Of a stretch of 64,000 bases of DNA, positions 28,102 to 42,267 are shown piece after piece. The stretch is from Octopus vulgaris (taxonomy: Eukaryota), in contig OX597814.1 in NCBI GenBank assembly GCA_951406725.2, forward strand, positions 79,360,001-79,424,000. The letters run 5' to 3'. The position numbers were made by a program, and so were the translations under genes. The notes below the pieces were generated by a model. That model was not told the origin of the DNA and ran no database searches. It saw only the letters and a program-made list of their open reading frames with translations. Positions within the stretch are counted from its first letter, which is position 1. Each line of letters starts with the position of its first letter.

Positions 28102-29675
28102 AGCAAAAATTTAGATTCAGATGAATTAGGTACTTGAGGCACCAGAATTTAGTACGGAATTATCCATACAGTTTCAAAAAAAGGTGATTAAAATCAAAAT
28201 AAGCAAAAGGATATCTAGAGGTAAAGCAGTACGATCGTTTCAAGCGACTCCATTTAATTGAACAATGCACCCATTACATCAAATTAAAAAGTGTTCCACC
28301 CTCCAGACCTTAGTATTTATAAGGGCCTTTATGTAAGTAGCCCTTCTAATTAAGTACCCCTAAGAAACTATAATATCATGTAAGGATTAACACTAATAAC
28401 TTTTAAAACCTATAATATACCTCTTAGTTTATAATTAGTATATTGTTAGCATGTCCTATAACATCGATATTCCTGTAGCTAATACCAGGTATACATTTTT
28501 ATTGATACAAACTAAATAAGTAAATATACAATTTTTAGTTTAAATACTTAAATTATTATACATTTTCTATAAATCTTCTCTATTGATGTTAATAAGGTAT
28601 ATATACTTTATCATGGTTTTAGTGATTAAGCTATTTTATTCCTTTTCTATGGTGTTCTACCCTACCTGATCATTTTATTATTTTATAATAGCCTCTATAA
28701 AATAAACTTAATTTTTGTACCCCTATAATTCATATTTAGCTTATATAAAACAATACTGGTATCTTCACAACTTATAATAACCTGCTTAGATTATAATTTA
28801 CTTAATATATAGTTAGTATGTTCTTTTGCCTCAGTACTTCTTTATCAAATACCAGTAAATGCCAATGATCAATCTTCAAAGATACCACCTAATAAGTTAG
28901 TATTTAAGTATATAATATGTATAAATATTAAACTATTTCTATGTAATTTCTTTTCCTCCCTCTATTGTGGTAAAATTTGGTATATACTCAAAAGTATTCA
29001 AAAAGTTTTTATCCAATTGTCATAATATTCTTCTTAATAATCTTCTGAATAACCCTAGATTTTATCTTTATACAGTATGGCAATATTGTTTAAAATATTT
29101 AACTATAGTACCCCATGATAAAATTTCCCCTGTATTATCATCATTGGTTTACTAGAGGCTTGTCTCTTTAATTGTCAGCTACCATCTTGATTTAAGATTT
29201 CCTTTACCAAATCTCATTATATTGCTTCAAATTAATCTTGATAGTTTTATGACTATACCCACTATGATTTCTGCCGACTCCCTCACTCCCTTTCCTAACA
29301 GACACTGCTCCTTGTTCTTTGGCCTTATATTTTGATATACAGATTTGATAAACAAGACTATAAATTAAAACTGACTCCAAAAATCAGTGACTAGCTAGAT
29401 CTCTCACAAGTCTTTCTTCCCGATACCTTAGTTGCTTCTAAGCTGAAGTGAAGACAGCATGTTCTTTGTCTATCTCTTTATCTTCTTGGAGGTTTTAGGT
29501 AAAATTATATTAATGTGTCCATCTATTTTAATTCAATTTAATTCTATGTATTTACGCAGCTGAGGATTGCTCTGCATTTAAATCGATATCATGGTCGCAT
29601 TGTTCAATTCAATGGAGTCGCTTGAAACGATCGTACTGCATTACCTCTTGATATCCTGTTGCTTATTTTGATTAT
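28102..29675. mobile_element. Probable Penelope-like remnant with an inverted repeat pair
   Basis: 28192-28274 is the reverse complement of 29591-29673 (about 5 mismatches). The right copy is part of a hammerhead-like motif. The interior is decayed and AT-rich. Confidence 0.55.
29556..29639 (+). ncRNA. Type I hammerhead-ribozyme-like motif
   Basis: GCAG-CTGAGGA-(57 nt)-GAAA-CGATCG-TA-CTGC gives a GCAG/CTGC stem I, intact core boxes, a palindromic short stem III and a GUA cleavage triplet. Stem II closing pair is non-canonical. Confidence 0.55.
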
Positions 29676-29679
29676 ATAT

Positions 29680-30830
29680 ATGGACTGAAGGTACAAGAGT
29701 GAAAAGAAAGCATAAATGGATTAAGATAGATATTAAGTTTGATGTTTTAGACTGGCTTGATGTTAGAGAAAAAATATCAGCTACATTGCCAAAGCATTAA
29801 AGCTTGCAACGTTTATAAGAGCAGTACGTGACAATAGAGAGAACTGCTCGAAACATTTTTTCATAGATGCAATTTGATGCTTTAAATGGGTTTATGAATC
29901 GCAGATCTGACTCAACATATATTGATAAGCATAATGCCAATTAAAGAAGTCCTAACGGTTTGTATGACGATTTGCAGGAAAGGAGTGTGAAACTTCTATT
30001 GAAAAACATTTTTCCAGAAACTAAAGGCTTTTTTGAAGGTTTAAGAAGCTCTTGAACTTGCGCAACATAAAAATGACTTTTGAAGCAGCCAATGCTGATA
30101 TAAAAGCTGCTCCTAAGTCTCCCGAGAAGCTGCAGAAGAATGATTGCTGAAGGAGGTTATAGATCAGATAAGAATAACATATTGATGAAGCTCACGTCTG
30201 CTAGGACTTATATTTGTTGGGAAGAAAGATCAATACCAGGATTTAAAACATTCAAAAACCATCTGACGCTTCTTCTTGAGAGGAGAAGCCGCTGGTGATA
30301 TGAAATTATAGCCCCTACTCATATATCACTCCGAAAATCAAACGTTGAACAGAAGAGTTACGCAAAGTTTAATTTGGTTCTGATTTGAAGTTCAAAGAAG
30401 GAGGGCATGGATGGACTAAGAAATCTTTTAAAGAGTGGTTTTCAGGCATTGTTTTGCTCTGCTGTAGCAAGGTACAGTGATAGACATAATATTTCCAACA
30501 TAGCATTGCTTTTTTTCGACAGCACACTCAGCCATCCAGTAAACATAAATGAGCTTTCTGATAATGTGAGAGTAAAATATATCCTCAAGAATTCAACTTC
30601 TTTGTTCCAGCTAATGTATCAAGGTATGATAGCTAACTATGAGGGATATTATTTCTTTGAATTTACAAATAACTTGAGAAAGCAATTAACAGCGAGGAAA
30701 AACCGACAGTCAAGCAAACCAACGTGAGCCTTCACTTGTAGTTGATATTTTGTTCTGATCGAACAGGCGTAGCTAAAAAATGTCTGGCCATAATCTTACG
30801 GTCCTTATGCATAATATCCAACAACGCATT
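29680..30830 (+). mobile_element. Degenerate Tigger/pogo transposase
   Basis: KRKHKWIKIDIKFDVL (HTH), EAANADIKAA, IAEGGY, LTLLL..AAGDMKL.PLLIYHSEN, ALLFFDSTLSHP and YILKNSTSLFQLMYQGMIANYEGYY all map onto TIGD1-like motifs. Confidence 0.85.
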
Positions 30831-31326
30831 ATGAAGTGTATTCTCTATTTTCTTTAAGGAATTCCTAAAACGATTCTACTATTTTTTATTATCTATTTTT
30901 TGTTTAAGGTGATTTATGATAATATTCTCGTTGGGAAACTGAAGAATGATGGCATGGAGCAAGGTTCTAATAATTACGGAGTATCTAGTGTGACAAGATG
31001 TTTTTTTAAAAAATAAAAGATGATAAAAGAAAATTAATAAATAAGCCAAACTGATGTGATGACATTTGAACAGTGAATACGAAGAATGTGGAAGCGGAAC
31101 TCAAAGCAGCTGAACATTTCTGGAATTGTTTCTGAAAGAGATAACGATGTTGCAAGAAACATATATCATTTTGGTAGGTGCTTCCGAAAAAATTTAAAAC
31201 AGACAACTCACTAAAATAAAACAAACAACACAAAACAAAACAAAAATACACATATAACATTGTTATCCTGCATCTGTTTGAATCAACTCCCGTTTCTATG
31301 TGCCTGAGTTTCCTTCTATCTAGATG

Positions 31327-31424
<98 letters not shown>

Positions 31425-31600
31425 GATTTCTCTAACTCTCTCTCTGACTGTCTTTTATCTATATCACATTCGCTCATACATGTACATGCACGTACGCGCA
31501 CATGTGTATATGAATGTGTGCGTGTGCACGTGTGTGCAAAATATATATGATATAAATCTATGTATGAGCACGTATGTGTGTCTACTTTTTTTATATATAA

Positions 31601-31641
<41 letters not shown>

Positions 31642-32574
31642 TATATACATATATATATATATAATATATATATGCATATATACATACGTATATGTACATA
31701 CGTAGTATATATATATATGCATATGTGGGCACAGGACGTCATGAAGCGTGTATGAGAAAAAATACGAAGTACGAGTACATGGAATATGAACTATTTTTTC
31801 GAACAACGAAAGACACAAAAGGAAAACAAAACAAACAACATAAACAATTACCCTTCATCAGTTGTTGGCTGTTTTTCTACTCTCGTATTTCGAGCATTTA
31901 ATAATTATATATACTTTCGATAAAACAGTTGCTCCCGTAAAGCAAATTGAATAAAATTTGGGATTTTGCAGAGGGTCAAAATTGGTAACAGAAACAGGAC
32001 AGTGAAAAGAAACAGGAAGGGCTGCTAAGCCTAAACGAGGTTGTGGTGGCGAACGTGTAAATCAAGCTTGCACAGAAGACAGACAAGAACACGTCTTCTT
32101 TGTTCCAGCTACAATGGAGAGAAGAATAAAACACAAGTTAGAAGAAATAAAGATGGCCGATAGTTACGTTGGAGCCAAGTGTGCACGGAAGGAGGAGAGG
32201 GGGAGAGAGAGTGACAGAGTAATAGGATAAAATAGTGGGAGAAAAGGTGGTGAAAGAATAAGAGAGAGAAAGAAAAAACCGAAAGAGTAAAAAGATCGTA
32301 TAGAGTGCGCATCAGAATTATTAAGATAAAACTTACTTAGAACAGGATGCATGACGTTAAATCATATAGTATTATAAATTATATATATATATATATATAT
32401 ATGTATATACATACACACACACGTGTGTGTGTTGGGGGTTTCGTGTGTGTGTGTGTGAAAAGATAACTGAATAAATACGTATGAGTGTATATCTACGTAT
32501 ATATAAATAAATATGCACACACACATACACACAAACACACGGAGACATTCACATACATATTCATTCCTACATGA

Positions 32575-33091
32575 TATATAGAAAAGCAGGAATATATGAG
32601 TGTAATTCTCTGTATGTGTTAGGCTTATGCATCCGTACAAACGCAGACGAACTAAACGCATGCACATTTTCAAATCCGTGCTTTAGTGAATCGAAAAGGA
32701 GTGATGTTTCATCAGGACAATGTGCGACCCCACACTGCAAAGATCGCATCACAGAAGATCGAAGATCTTGGTTGGGAAAAAGATTTTTCATCCACCTTAT
32801 TCTGCCGACCTTGCTCCTTCAGACTACCATTTGTTTCGTAGTTTACAGAATCATTTGGGGGCCATAACTTTCGCAAGCCAGGAAGAGGTTGAAACTGACA
32901 TTTCAGAGTTCTTCGCTTTGAAACCAAAAGAGTTTTACATTGATGGGATTAAATAGCTTTAAATAGATGGAAAGAAGTCACAGATAATCAGAGAAAGTAC
33001 ATTGATGATTAAATTTCAATTAAATATAACATTTGATATCACTTGTTTTCTTTATTCAAAATTCGAACAGAACTTATGGGATGACCTGATA
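32575..33091 (+). mobile_element. Mariner transposon 3' remnant with 3' TIR
   Basis: FHQDNVRPHTAK...HPPYSADLAPSDYHLFRSLQNHL...EFYIDGIK, then terminal cagaacttatgggatgacctgata. Confidence 0.92.
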
Positions 33092-33148
33092 ATACACTTG
33101 CATGTTGTTCATACACGTGTCTTCGTCCTTTGTTATTCTACAAATTTC

Positions 33149-33189
<41 letters not shown>

Positions 33190-33380
33190 ATGGGTTTTGA
33201 TAAGCAGAGTCGATTTTTACAAATTTGTAAATAGTATTTTACAAGCTCAAAGCTTATAAGCGTCGCACGCGCCCGGGAAAACCTACTTTTTTTCCATCGA
33301 GGGCTTATATGCCCCATTATTAGACTGTTTTCTTTAGACATTGCACGGTGATCACTTACAACTTTTAAGCTTATAAAATA

Positions 33381-33470
<90 letters not shown>

Positions 33471-34204
33471 AAATGCGTGTGTGTATTTATACAGACAAAC
33501 ACATATACTCACACACACACAAACACACAAATAGTTAGATTGATTGATTCATTCATTGATAAATAGATGCCGTGGTCATTCGATTTGCTAGAAATGGCAA
33601 CCAATTTCCCTTGAATTCACACTGTGCACTGTCATAAGAAAAAAAGCACATCATATATAGTCTCCTCTAACCGATTTTGCTACCTGTCACTCGCAGAAAA
33701 GACGGGATGATCAATAAAAACCTCCTCCTCCTCCCCCTCCTCCTTCTCATCGTCATCATCATCATCATCATCATCATCATCAACAACAAAAACAACAATA
33801 TCAAGAACAACAACAGCAGCAGCAGCAGCAGCAACAACAACAACAACAATAATAGAAACAGTGGCAACCATCCGTTTTGTATTGGTAGAGATGAACCAAC
33901 GTTACAATGAAATAATGTTTTATTGCCTGATAGTTCTCTAACTGTAATTAATTGTAAAATGGTCAGTAATTCAACTGAACTATATCAATCCCTTAGTAAT
34001 TTCTCTTCTAGCAAATGTCCTCGTCAACACATATTCCTGATCGCTCCACTGATTTCCAACTCGTAATCTTTTAATATAGCTTTAGATATTTGTTTTCTTT
34101 TGCCACAGATTCCTGACATTTTGTGACATTTCCCTTGTGATACACCGCCATACATATATCGTTTACATGTTTCAGTCTGTAACTGCGACCACGCACGGGC
34201 ACCG

Positions 34205-34890
34205 TCTTGATGTAGTAACTGTTTCAAATTTCGACACGAGGCCAGTAATTTTAAAGGAGTGGGTAAGTCGGTTACATCGATCCCACTGTTCAGCCGGTAT
34301 TTGCTTTATCGAACTTGAAAAGAAGAGCAAAGTCGACCTCAGTGGAATTTGGACCTAGAAAGTAAAGAGCCGAAAGAAATACTGAGAAAAATTTTATCCG
34401 GCAGTATTTACGATTCTCTCAGCTCACCGCCTTAACAAAAACAATAATAATTCTTTCTACTATAGGCACATGGCTTGAAATTTTTGGAGACGAGGTTAGT
34501 CGATTGTAACGACCCCAGCGCTCAATTGGTACTTAATTTGTCAATCACAAAATGATAAAAGGCAAAGTTGACCTCGGCAGCATTTGAACTCGGAACATCA
34601 AGTCGGAAGAAATGCCGCCGAGGTATTTTGTCCGACGTGCTAAACATTCTTTCAACTCACTGCCTAAAAACGTTTTCTGATATTTGCATAAAGACATCAA
34701 TATTTTTTAGCAAGTAAGGAAAGTCATTTACATCGACCTCAGTGTTCAACTGGTACTTATTTTGTCGACTGCATAAGGAGGAAGAAGTAAGTTGATCTCT
34801 GCGAAATATAAATCCAGATTGTAAAGAGCCGGAAGAAATACCACTAAGCATTTTATCTGACTCACTCACGACTCTACAGCACGCCGCATA
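34205..34890 (-). mobile_element. Three tandem degenerate SINE family B copies
   Basis: Repeated gcaaagt(c/t)gacctc and tggtactta motifs, each followed by a reverse-complement head (ctcaccgcc-like). Confidence 0.8.
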
Positions 34891-35309
34891 TTTGTATCCC
34901 TCCACACTCGATCTCACAAAGTAATCCTTGGTTTTCAGAAATTTTTCCTCAAAAGTCAAATTGTTAGTCATGATATTATCAAGGTGTTCAAACGAGTTGC
35001 TATAAGAATTTCAAATTATCTTTCTCCATCTTATTGCCATTATTTAAACTGAATCTTAATGGCTGCAGTATCTTTGTGTATTCTGCTCACACATAACTCT
35101 CACTCTCTGTCCCCCAACCCTCTCTCCGTTTTTCTTCGCCTTTCCCTCTCTCTCGTTCACCCATACAGAAATAGACTGACATTCACAATCAGTAAAATTG
35201 ATCACCAGATTGATGACGTGGGAAGGTTATTGACTCTTGATATTTGATTTATTTATGTGTACAAGTCCGCATAATTATGTAGGAATGCATGCAATACACA
35301 CACACATAT

Positions 35310-35381
<72 letters not shown>

Positions 35382-35606
35382 GCGTATGCATATATACATA
35401 TGTATCTATATATATATGTGTGTATATATATATATATATATAGATAAATGGATAGATAGGTACATATATATATGCATATATGTAAGGTACACACAAACAC
35501 ATACACATCTACATATATATACATATGTAATTAAGTGTATGTGTGGGCTCGCATACATATGTATACATATGCGAACATAAATAAAAGTATTTAACACATT
35601 TAGTAA

Positions 35607-35687
<81 letters not shown>

Positions 35688-35689
35688 TG

Positions 35690-35723
<34 letters not shown>

Positions 35724-36098
35724 CGACGACGATGACGACGACGATGATGATGATGATGATAATGATGATTTAATGAAATTTTTCAACGTCGTATCTGATT
35801 CTCACGTGACCGCTTTACGAACGATTCGTTCGTGATGAATAGCGCTACAGCAAAACTCGGAGTAACAAAGGCAAAAACTTTAGTATTAAGAAATGCTCAT
35901 ATGCACACACACACACACATACACACACACACTCATATATACATATCTATATCTATCTATGCATATATATTTGTATGTATGTAGATATATAGCTCTCTCT
36001 ATATATATATACATACATACCTGCATACATATATAAATATACATGTATGTGTGTTCATGCATGTGCAAATATTTGTAAATGCATATAGATACATGTAT

Positions 36099-36156
<58 letters not shown>

Positions 36157-37869
36157 GAATAATGTTGTACATCTAATGGCGCAAATAGCTATACGTAAAA
36201 ACAGAATACACAGTGATATATTATATACTCGCTCTCAAATACGCCTGCCAGTAAATCAAACAGTGTATTTAGATATATATGCAATCAAATATCCACATGT
36301 AATAGTTATTTACACATGGATACAGATACAGACGTACCTCCACACACACGCACACATATACACACACACATACTCATGCTGGCGTTGATGTCATACTTTA
36401 TAAATACATGTGTAGAACTCACAACACATATACTCATACACATGCATTCTTGCACATACATTCATACATGCAAATACATGTATAAACACGCACAGCTAGA
36501 ATTGTTTGCGTTTGCAAGATTAGTATATGTTTCACGTTGAATCGTATTTCAGACATAATTAACCGTGAATTATTTGTTGAATTTTTTTTTCTACTCAGCT
36601 ACAATAAATTATCATAGTCTACGAGAATAAATCATGAAGCACAACTAATTTTGGGGACTGCTGTTAGTTACATTTACATAAATTCTAATAATAATTTTCT
36701 TTTTTTGTCGTTTCAAGCGCTCTAGCATAATGGTAATTACATGGAATACAATAAATCTCTCTATGTTAAGGCCACCTAACCAATGTCTCATTCTATTTCG
36801 TTAGAATAGTAGAATAATGTATATGCAGTAATCAGTATTTCAATTGATTCATTAACTGGACACAAGGCTCCTATTCTGCCAAGTGGTGGTGGAGGTGGGG
36901 AGGCGATCGATTATATCAACTCCAATATTTGAGTAGTGTAGGTTGGACCTCTTAAATCAAACAACATTGGGACCTGGTCGTTGTCGGATAACGGGAAAAT
37001 AGAAATTGACTCGACTCCTAAGGGTGCCGCTATGTTAGCATAGTCTTGCCATTTCATAGCCTTTATACATACACACATATACACGCATGTCATTATTCAG
37101 TTTTATTTCAAGATTTCATGCCAGTAGAGAAAGAGCTGGTTTCTTAGCTAGATCTAATCTAAAGCTGCTTCACTGGAATTTCAACATCATCATGAAATAT
37201 TTGTATGTATGTATATATGTATGTATGTATGTATGCATGTATGTATGTATGTATGTATGTATGTATGTATGTATGTATGTATGTATGTATGTATGCATGC
37301 ATGTATGCAATCCAAATAAAAAGGTGTGGAATAAATTTAGTAAAGTTTTAGTATTTGTTACAATCATTTCGGTGCCATTCTTCTAAAACCATTACTCGAA
37401 ATTTGAAATACACAGAATTTCACGACCTACACGCGCGCGCGCGCACTCACACACAGACACACACATTCTTTTATCGACACCGGCAATGACTAAAATGAGT
37501 TTAATAACAGCATCGTGATAAGTTGTTGTGGTTCTTGTTTAGCCTCAGGTAAATGATACATAATCAAAGGCATTTCAACAGCAATTATCCTTTTTTATTT
37601 CCAGGAAGAAGACATCTACGACTGCAGAGTACAATTTGGAGTTGTGACTGTTATTCCTAGTAAGCGAACTCTGAGCTTCTCCTGTTGGGTCGGTGTGGAA
37701 AATGAATCTAGCGGCGTTGGGAAGATGTAAACCTAGCTAAACTTATACTGTACAAACAAATATTAATTTCTAATTTGTAGCCGCTGTCTCTTTAGATGTG
37801 CCACCATCATTGTCACAAGCTCTTATTTCTCTTTACTAAAACTATAATGTCTTTGTAGATAATAATCCA

Positions 37870-38520
37870 TCCCCCAGCGTGTTGCAGCTATGAAGGGCTG
37901 TTGTCATATTGCATATGCAAGAAGTTAGACTAATATTCTGTGTAGCACCATTCTGCAACAGATGCATCTCGATCTCAACTGAGTAAAAAACAGCAACATT
38001 AAATGAAGGGCCTTGTTAAAGTACATGATGTGACGTCCAGTCTGGGAATGCACGATCTTACGATCGTGAGCCCCAAATCCCAATCACTCGACCATGCGCC
38101 TTTACTCATTGTAATACAATTACACAACACTTCTAGGATTCTGAGTGTTGTAATTCTTTAGTTCTACGTCAGCGCTAGATGAACAGGCGGGAAGACCTCC
38201 TTCGGTCATGAATGACCATGGAATTGCAGCTAGAAAGTTTTCCTCCAAAGCACAAGTCTGGGCAAGGTTGTTTATGGAAGAGCAGTAGTCTCCCATGCAT
38301 ATCGGTCTCCCCTTTCCACGCCAGCGATGTAATCCAAAGGAAAACCAAATGCCGATATAGCTTGGCACCAGTAACGTCATAACTCATTTCTACAGCTGGA
38401 GCAACGCAAAATAAAGTGCCTTGCTCAAGAATACAACACATAGCTCGATCCGGGAATTGAATTCAAAACTTGACGATTGTAAGTCCTACACCCTAATTAC
38501 TGAACCGAGAAGTGCGCCAT
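37870..38520 (-). mobile_element. Two further tRNA-derived SINE copies (family E)
   Basis: Minus-strand heads gcgcatggtcgagtgatt...ctcacgatcgtaag (38100) and ...ttcaattcccgga...ttcttgagcaaggcactttatt (38410-38505). Confidence 0.6.
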
Positions 38521-38930
38521 CAATGACTATTCCGCATTTTCCAGGTTCAAAACGTTATTTTGAACGAAAAAAACAAAGTTATTTGAAAGAAATATAAGTG
38601 TTATTTCTAGCAGATCGAGTGATCACACAGAGGCTTTTTGTCGGTATAATCGTATGAGATGGATGTAATTATTTAATATATTGAACGCTGAGCCGAAATG
38701 GCAGAATGGATAAACTATTGGTTTATCAGTTCATAGATCATTGATTCTAAATCGATGTTGTTTAGTGTTCCTGAATAGAACAATCGCTTTAGATCACATA
38801 AACAACTATCGGAATACGAAGCAGACCATCTGGTAATGTTTCTGTGCGCTAGACTGGCACCTCGCCTAGCCGATGTCTACATGCTCTAACTGACACAGCA
38901 TGAAACAGGATCTGAACATTGGCTTTTTAT

Positions 38931-39021
<91 letters not shown>

Positions 39022-39099
39022 TCATCATCATCATCATCATCATCATTGTCGTCGTCATCGCCATCATTATAATCATTATTGTTGTTGTTATTATTATTG

Positions 39100-40075
39100 G
39101 CACCTAGAATGTCGTCAGGCGCTCACAGCCCTCTACCAGTCGGGCAATGGGATCAGTGGATGTTCCATTTTAGAAGTTTATAGAGGATTAGTGGCGGGGA
39201 AGTGCGACGACGTTCTCGGCGAGACTCTGGGCGCCGACGAGAACGAATTGGCTAGTCTGTTCCGGAGAACTTTCCGGTCGGGAACTATCATGGATAATTT
39301 CCAGATGTCCTTGGCCTGGCAGTGCTACTGGGGGCCGGTACCTGTCCGACATAAACTCTACAAGCACGGGTGCGCTGTCCGAGGTGCACGCAGAGTGACG
39401 AAACAGTTCTGCACGCCGTCGTTCAGTGTCCAGGCATTGCTGACTTGTGGGGTTATGTCGAACAGCTGCTATCACGTGTAGGAAAGATCCGTCTGTCAGC
39501 CGATTCTGCAGTGATGATCGCACCGCCACCCTCCTTCAATCGGACAGGTAAGGCAGATTTTCTTTGCCTGGTGGCTGTGGCGAAAGAAGTTGTTTGGTGG
39601 ACAAAGCTGAAAGGCACAATGACAGATATATTCCTCTTTGGTAGAGCTCTCATTGACTTCTTCATGTTTTACTTGAAAGAAAATTGAGAGTGGAGAGGGA
39701 AGTGCTGTCTTCGAGTGAGTTCATTGAAAGGTGGGTGAAAGTTGCGAAAATGGCAAGAGTGGATAATACTTCTCTAAGTGTAGACCTGCGAGTCGGAGAG
39801 AAGGAATTGGAAAGAGCCCTTGATCCTGGGGTTTCAGGGAAATCTCGGACAGTGGTCTTTCCCGATTATCCCTAGAAGCCTTCCTTATCAGGAGGGTTAC
39901 GTCTCTATCATCCTCATCGCCACTTTTTGCTATGCATATGTCTATTCTTTTTCAGTATATACAGTCTTTACTTTCTTTAATTTTTTTTTATCATTTCATT
40001 ATATGTAAACCCTCTCACATTATATCTGTTTTTGTATTGTCCCCCCATCCTTCGCCTTTGCGGCAAATAAATGAA

Positions 40076-40076
<1 letters not shown>
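39100..40076 (+). mobile_element. 5'-truncated L1/Tx1-clade LINE 3' fragment
   Basis: SLAWQCYWGPVPVRHKL...CPRCTQSDETVLHAVVQC (zf-RVT CCHC), AVAKEVVWW and FIERW. GC-rich, frameshifted, with a 3' UTR ending AATAAA then (TTA)n. Confidence 0.88.
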
Positions 40077-40159
<83 letters not shown>

Positions 40160-40181
40160 GTTGTTGTTGTTGTTGTTGTTG

Positions 40182-40234
<53 letters not shown>

Positions 40235-40252
40235 AATATTATTATTATTATT
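40077..40252. repeat. (TTA)n/(TTG)n microsatellite between two tail-to-tail LINEs
   Basis: Direct reading. Confidence 0.97.
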
Positions 40253-41650
40253 TTCCGATTGAATAGCATTTTATTTTATCTTCTGACCGGGTCTCAACCA
40301 GAAACCTAAGGCAACTACATATTTGATGGAAAGAAACTTCCTGAGAATGTGGGTGGTTGATGTCAACACAATTATTTGAGTCTCACAGATTGTTGGTTTC
40401 TCAGGGATCTGGTAAAAATATTCGTCAGTACCTTTCTTGATCATTCCCAGAGCACCTACAGCAACAGGGATGGTTTTGGATTTTAATTGCTACGTCCTAC
40501 ATATCTCAATCTCAAGGTCCTTATACTTCAATATTTTTCAAATTACTTTGCTGAGATTTTTCATTCAGTAAGCACTCATATTTAATAACATGCATATTTT
40601 TTGCTTTATATCTTTGATAACAATGTCTGGTCTGTTAGTATTTATTTGCCTGTCTGTATGTTTCTATAATCCCGTAGATTGGTAACATTCTCTCCTTCAG
40701 TGACTGGCTCTTCATATCAGTTCTTAGAGTGCGGGATACCATAGTGACAGTATATTTTTCTGTGCATATATTGGCTAACTCGATAATATAAAACCGATTG
40801 GTTTTATATTATGTAGGGACAAGGACTGAGCAGCCGGCAAGAATGTGGTCAATACTCTTAAGTTTGTTCTATTGTATTAAATATATTCTGCTTTTCAAAT
40901 TTGACACGTTGAAATCTGTAGTGTTATTTTAGTATGTTACAAATACGTATATCCTGTGTATTTTGTGATATACCTTTTTCTAATCATTCCCAGAGCTAAA
41001 AAAGAAATCCTAGGTTAACTCGAATTTAGCTTTCAACATTATCAGACATACTTTCTCTTCTGTTAGTCTGCTATTCCTTTGCCTGCCCTGTGTATCACAC
41101 GATACACAGGACATATTGCCCTAGAGTCCATGTATTATTTTGTTGTACATTCCTTATTTGTTTCAACCTGCAGAGTAATTTGGGCCTTATATTACGAACG
41201 TATGAATCAAGTGCTAACTGAAAGTCTGAAAACAAGCATGGATATTCAGAATAAACTTATGAAAATGCTTCGAATAGGCAAAGGATTACATCATGGGTTC
41301 ACTTTTGTACGTTCTCTTTGTGTTACTTTCTCTTGGTTTAGCTGAGATGAATGTTACTCTTTAACGATGAAGCTCATTTTTGATATCATGGTTCCTCTGA
41401 TTGGAGCAGTTCATTTTCTTGGAGGTCCTTGTTATATTTAAATGTTCTTTCATTGAAATGTCTGTAACTTCGACAAGGTTTTCAGTAGATGCTTTTAACT
41501 TTGTTTTGATCGCTTCGGTTTTCTCTAGTAGAGTTAGGTAGAAGATTCCATTCGCCAACGGAAACACTCATAATAGTGGGACCAATCATTTGTAGCAATC
41601 TTATGGATTCTAGTTGCTGGATGCTAATTATGTTTTTGTGAATGGTGAGC
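40253..41650 (-). mobile_element. Old degenerate Dong-like RLE LINE
   Basis: Minus strand: DHILAGCSVL, YRVSQYMHRK, NRPDIVIKD, LKYKDLEIEI, KTIPVAVGALGMI. The 3' end abuts (TAA)n. The 5' boundary is uncertain. Confidence 0.75.
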
Positions 41651-41699
41651 TCAGATATGATTATCAATATATGCATTTATTGGACTTTTGTGCGGTTGA

Positions 41700-42265
41700 A
41701 AGAAACAAGATTGGTATGAGTGTATTGTAGGATGTTCTCCAACGATTTGAGTACCAGATATGATCAAATGTAATACAAATACTGAGGGGTAACAACACAG
41801 TTTTCATGAAATTTCTCGAGGGCGATATAAGATGATAGGGTCCCATTACATCTGGTTTTATGAATGTTAATTTTGTAGTCATTAAGGAGGGAGACAGTTT
41901 CAAGGTAATGCTGAAGGTTTTGTTACTGGCTGTGCTCAACATATTTGTGATGTATGTTGGAAATGAGGGCAATAAGATAATTGGTAGCATCGGAGGAATT
42001 GACCCTCTTAGGAACAGAACACATTGTAGTGTGCTCCCGAGGATCAGAATTATATTGTAGAGAGTGAGATATTGAAATACTTGAGAATAGGGGTTAACTC
42101 TGGAGCGTATTGTTTGAATGTTGTAGAAAGAAGATTGTCAGGACTGATGGTTTGTTGGTTTGAAGTGACCGGAAGTTCTTACACACTCGACGTGATGATT
42201 TTTTGGTGGTAAGTCTAGTCGGTAGCAAACTTATCTTTGTAAGCGATTTACCTAATATGTACGAA
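41700..42265 (-). mobile_element. CR1/L2-type LINE reverse transcriptase fragment
   Basis: Frameshifted NKPS.PDN...FKQYAPELTPILKYFNISL...VPKRVNSSDATNY.IALIS and LSICITFDHIW (compare LDISKAFDRVW). Confidence 0.7.
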
Positions 42266-42267
42266 AT

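Noticed and set aside
31845-31900. Minus-strand GAAA...CTGATGA as a hammerhead
   Set aside because: No UH after the putative stem III and no stem I or II pairing.
38900-39100. Poly-His/poly-Gln protein resembling a transcription factor
   Set aside because: It is a (CAT)n/(CAG)n microsatellite in frame by chance with the Tx1 fragment.
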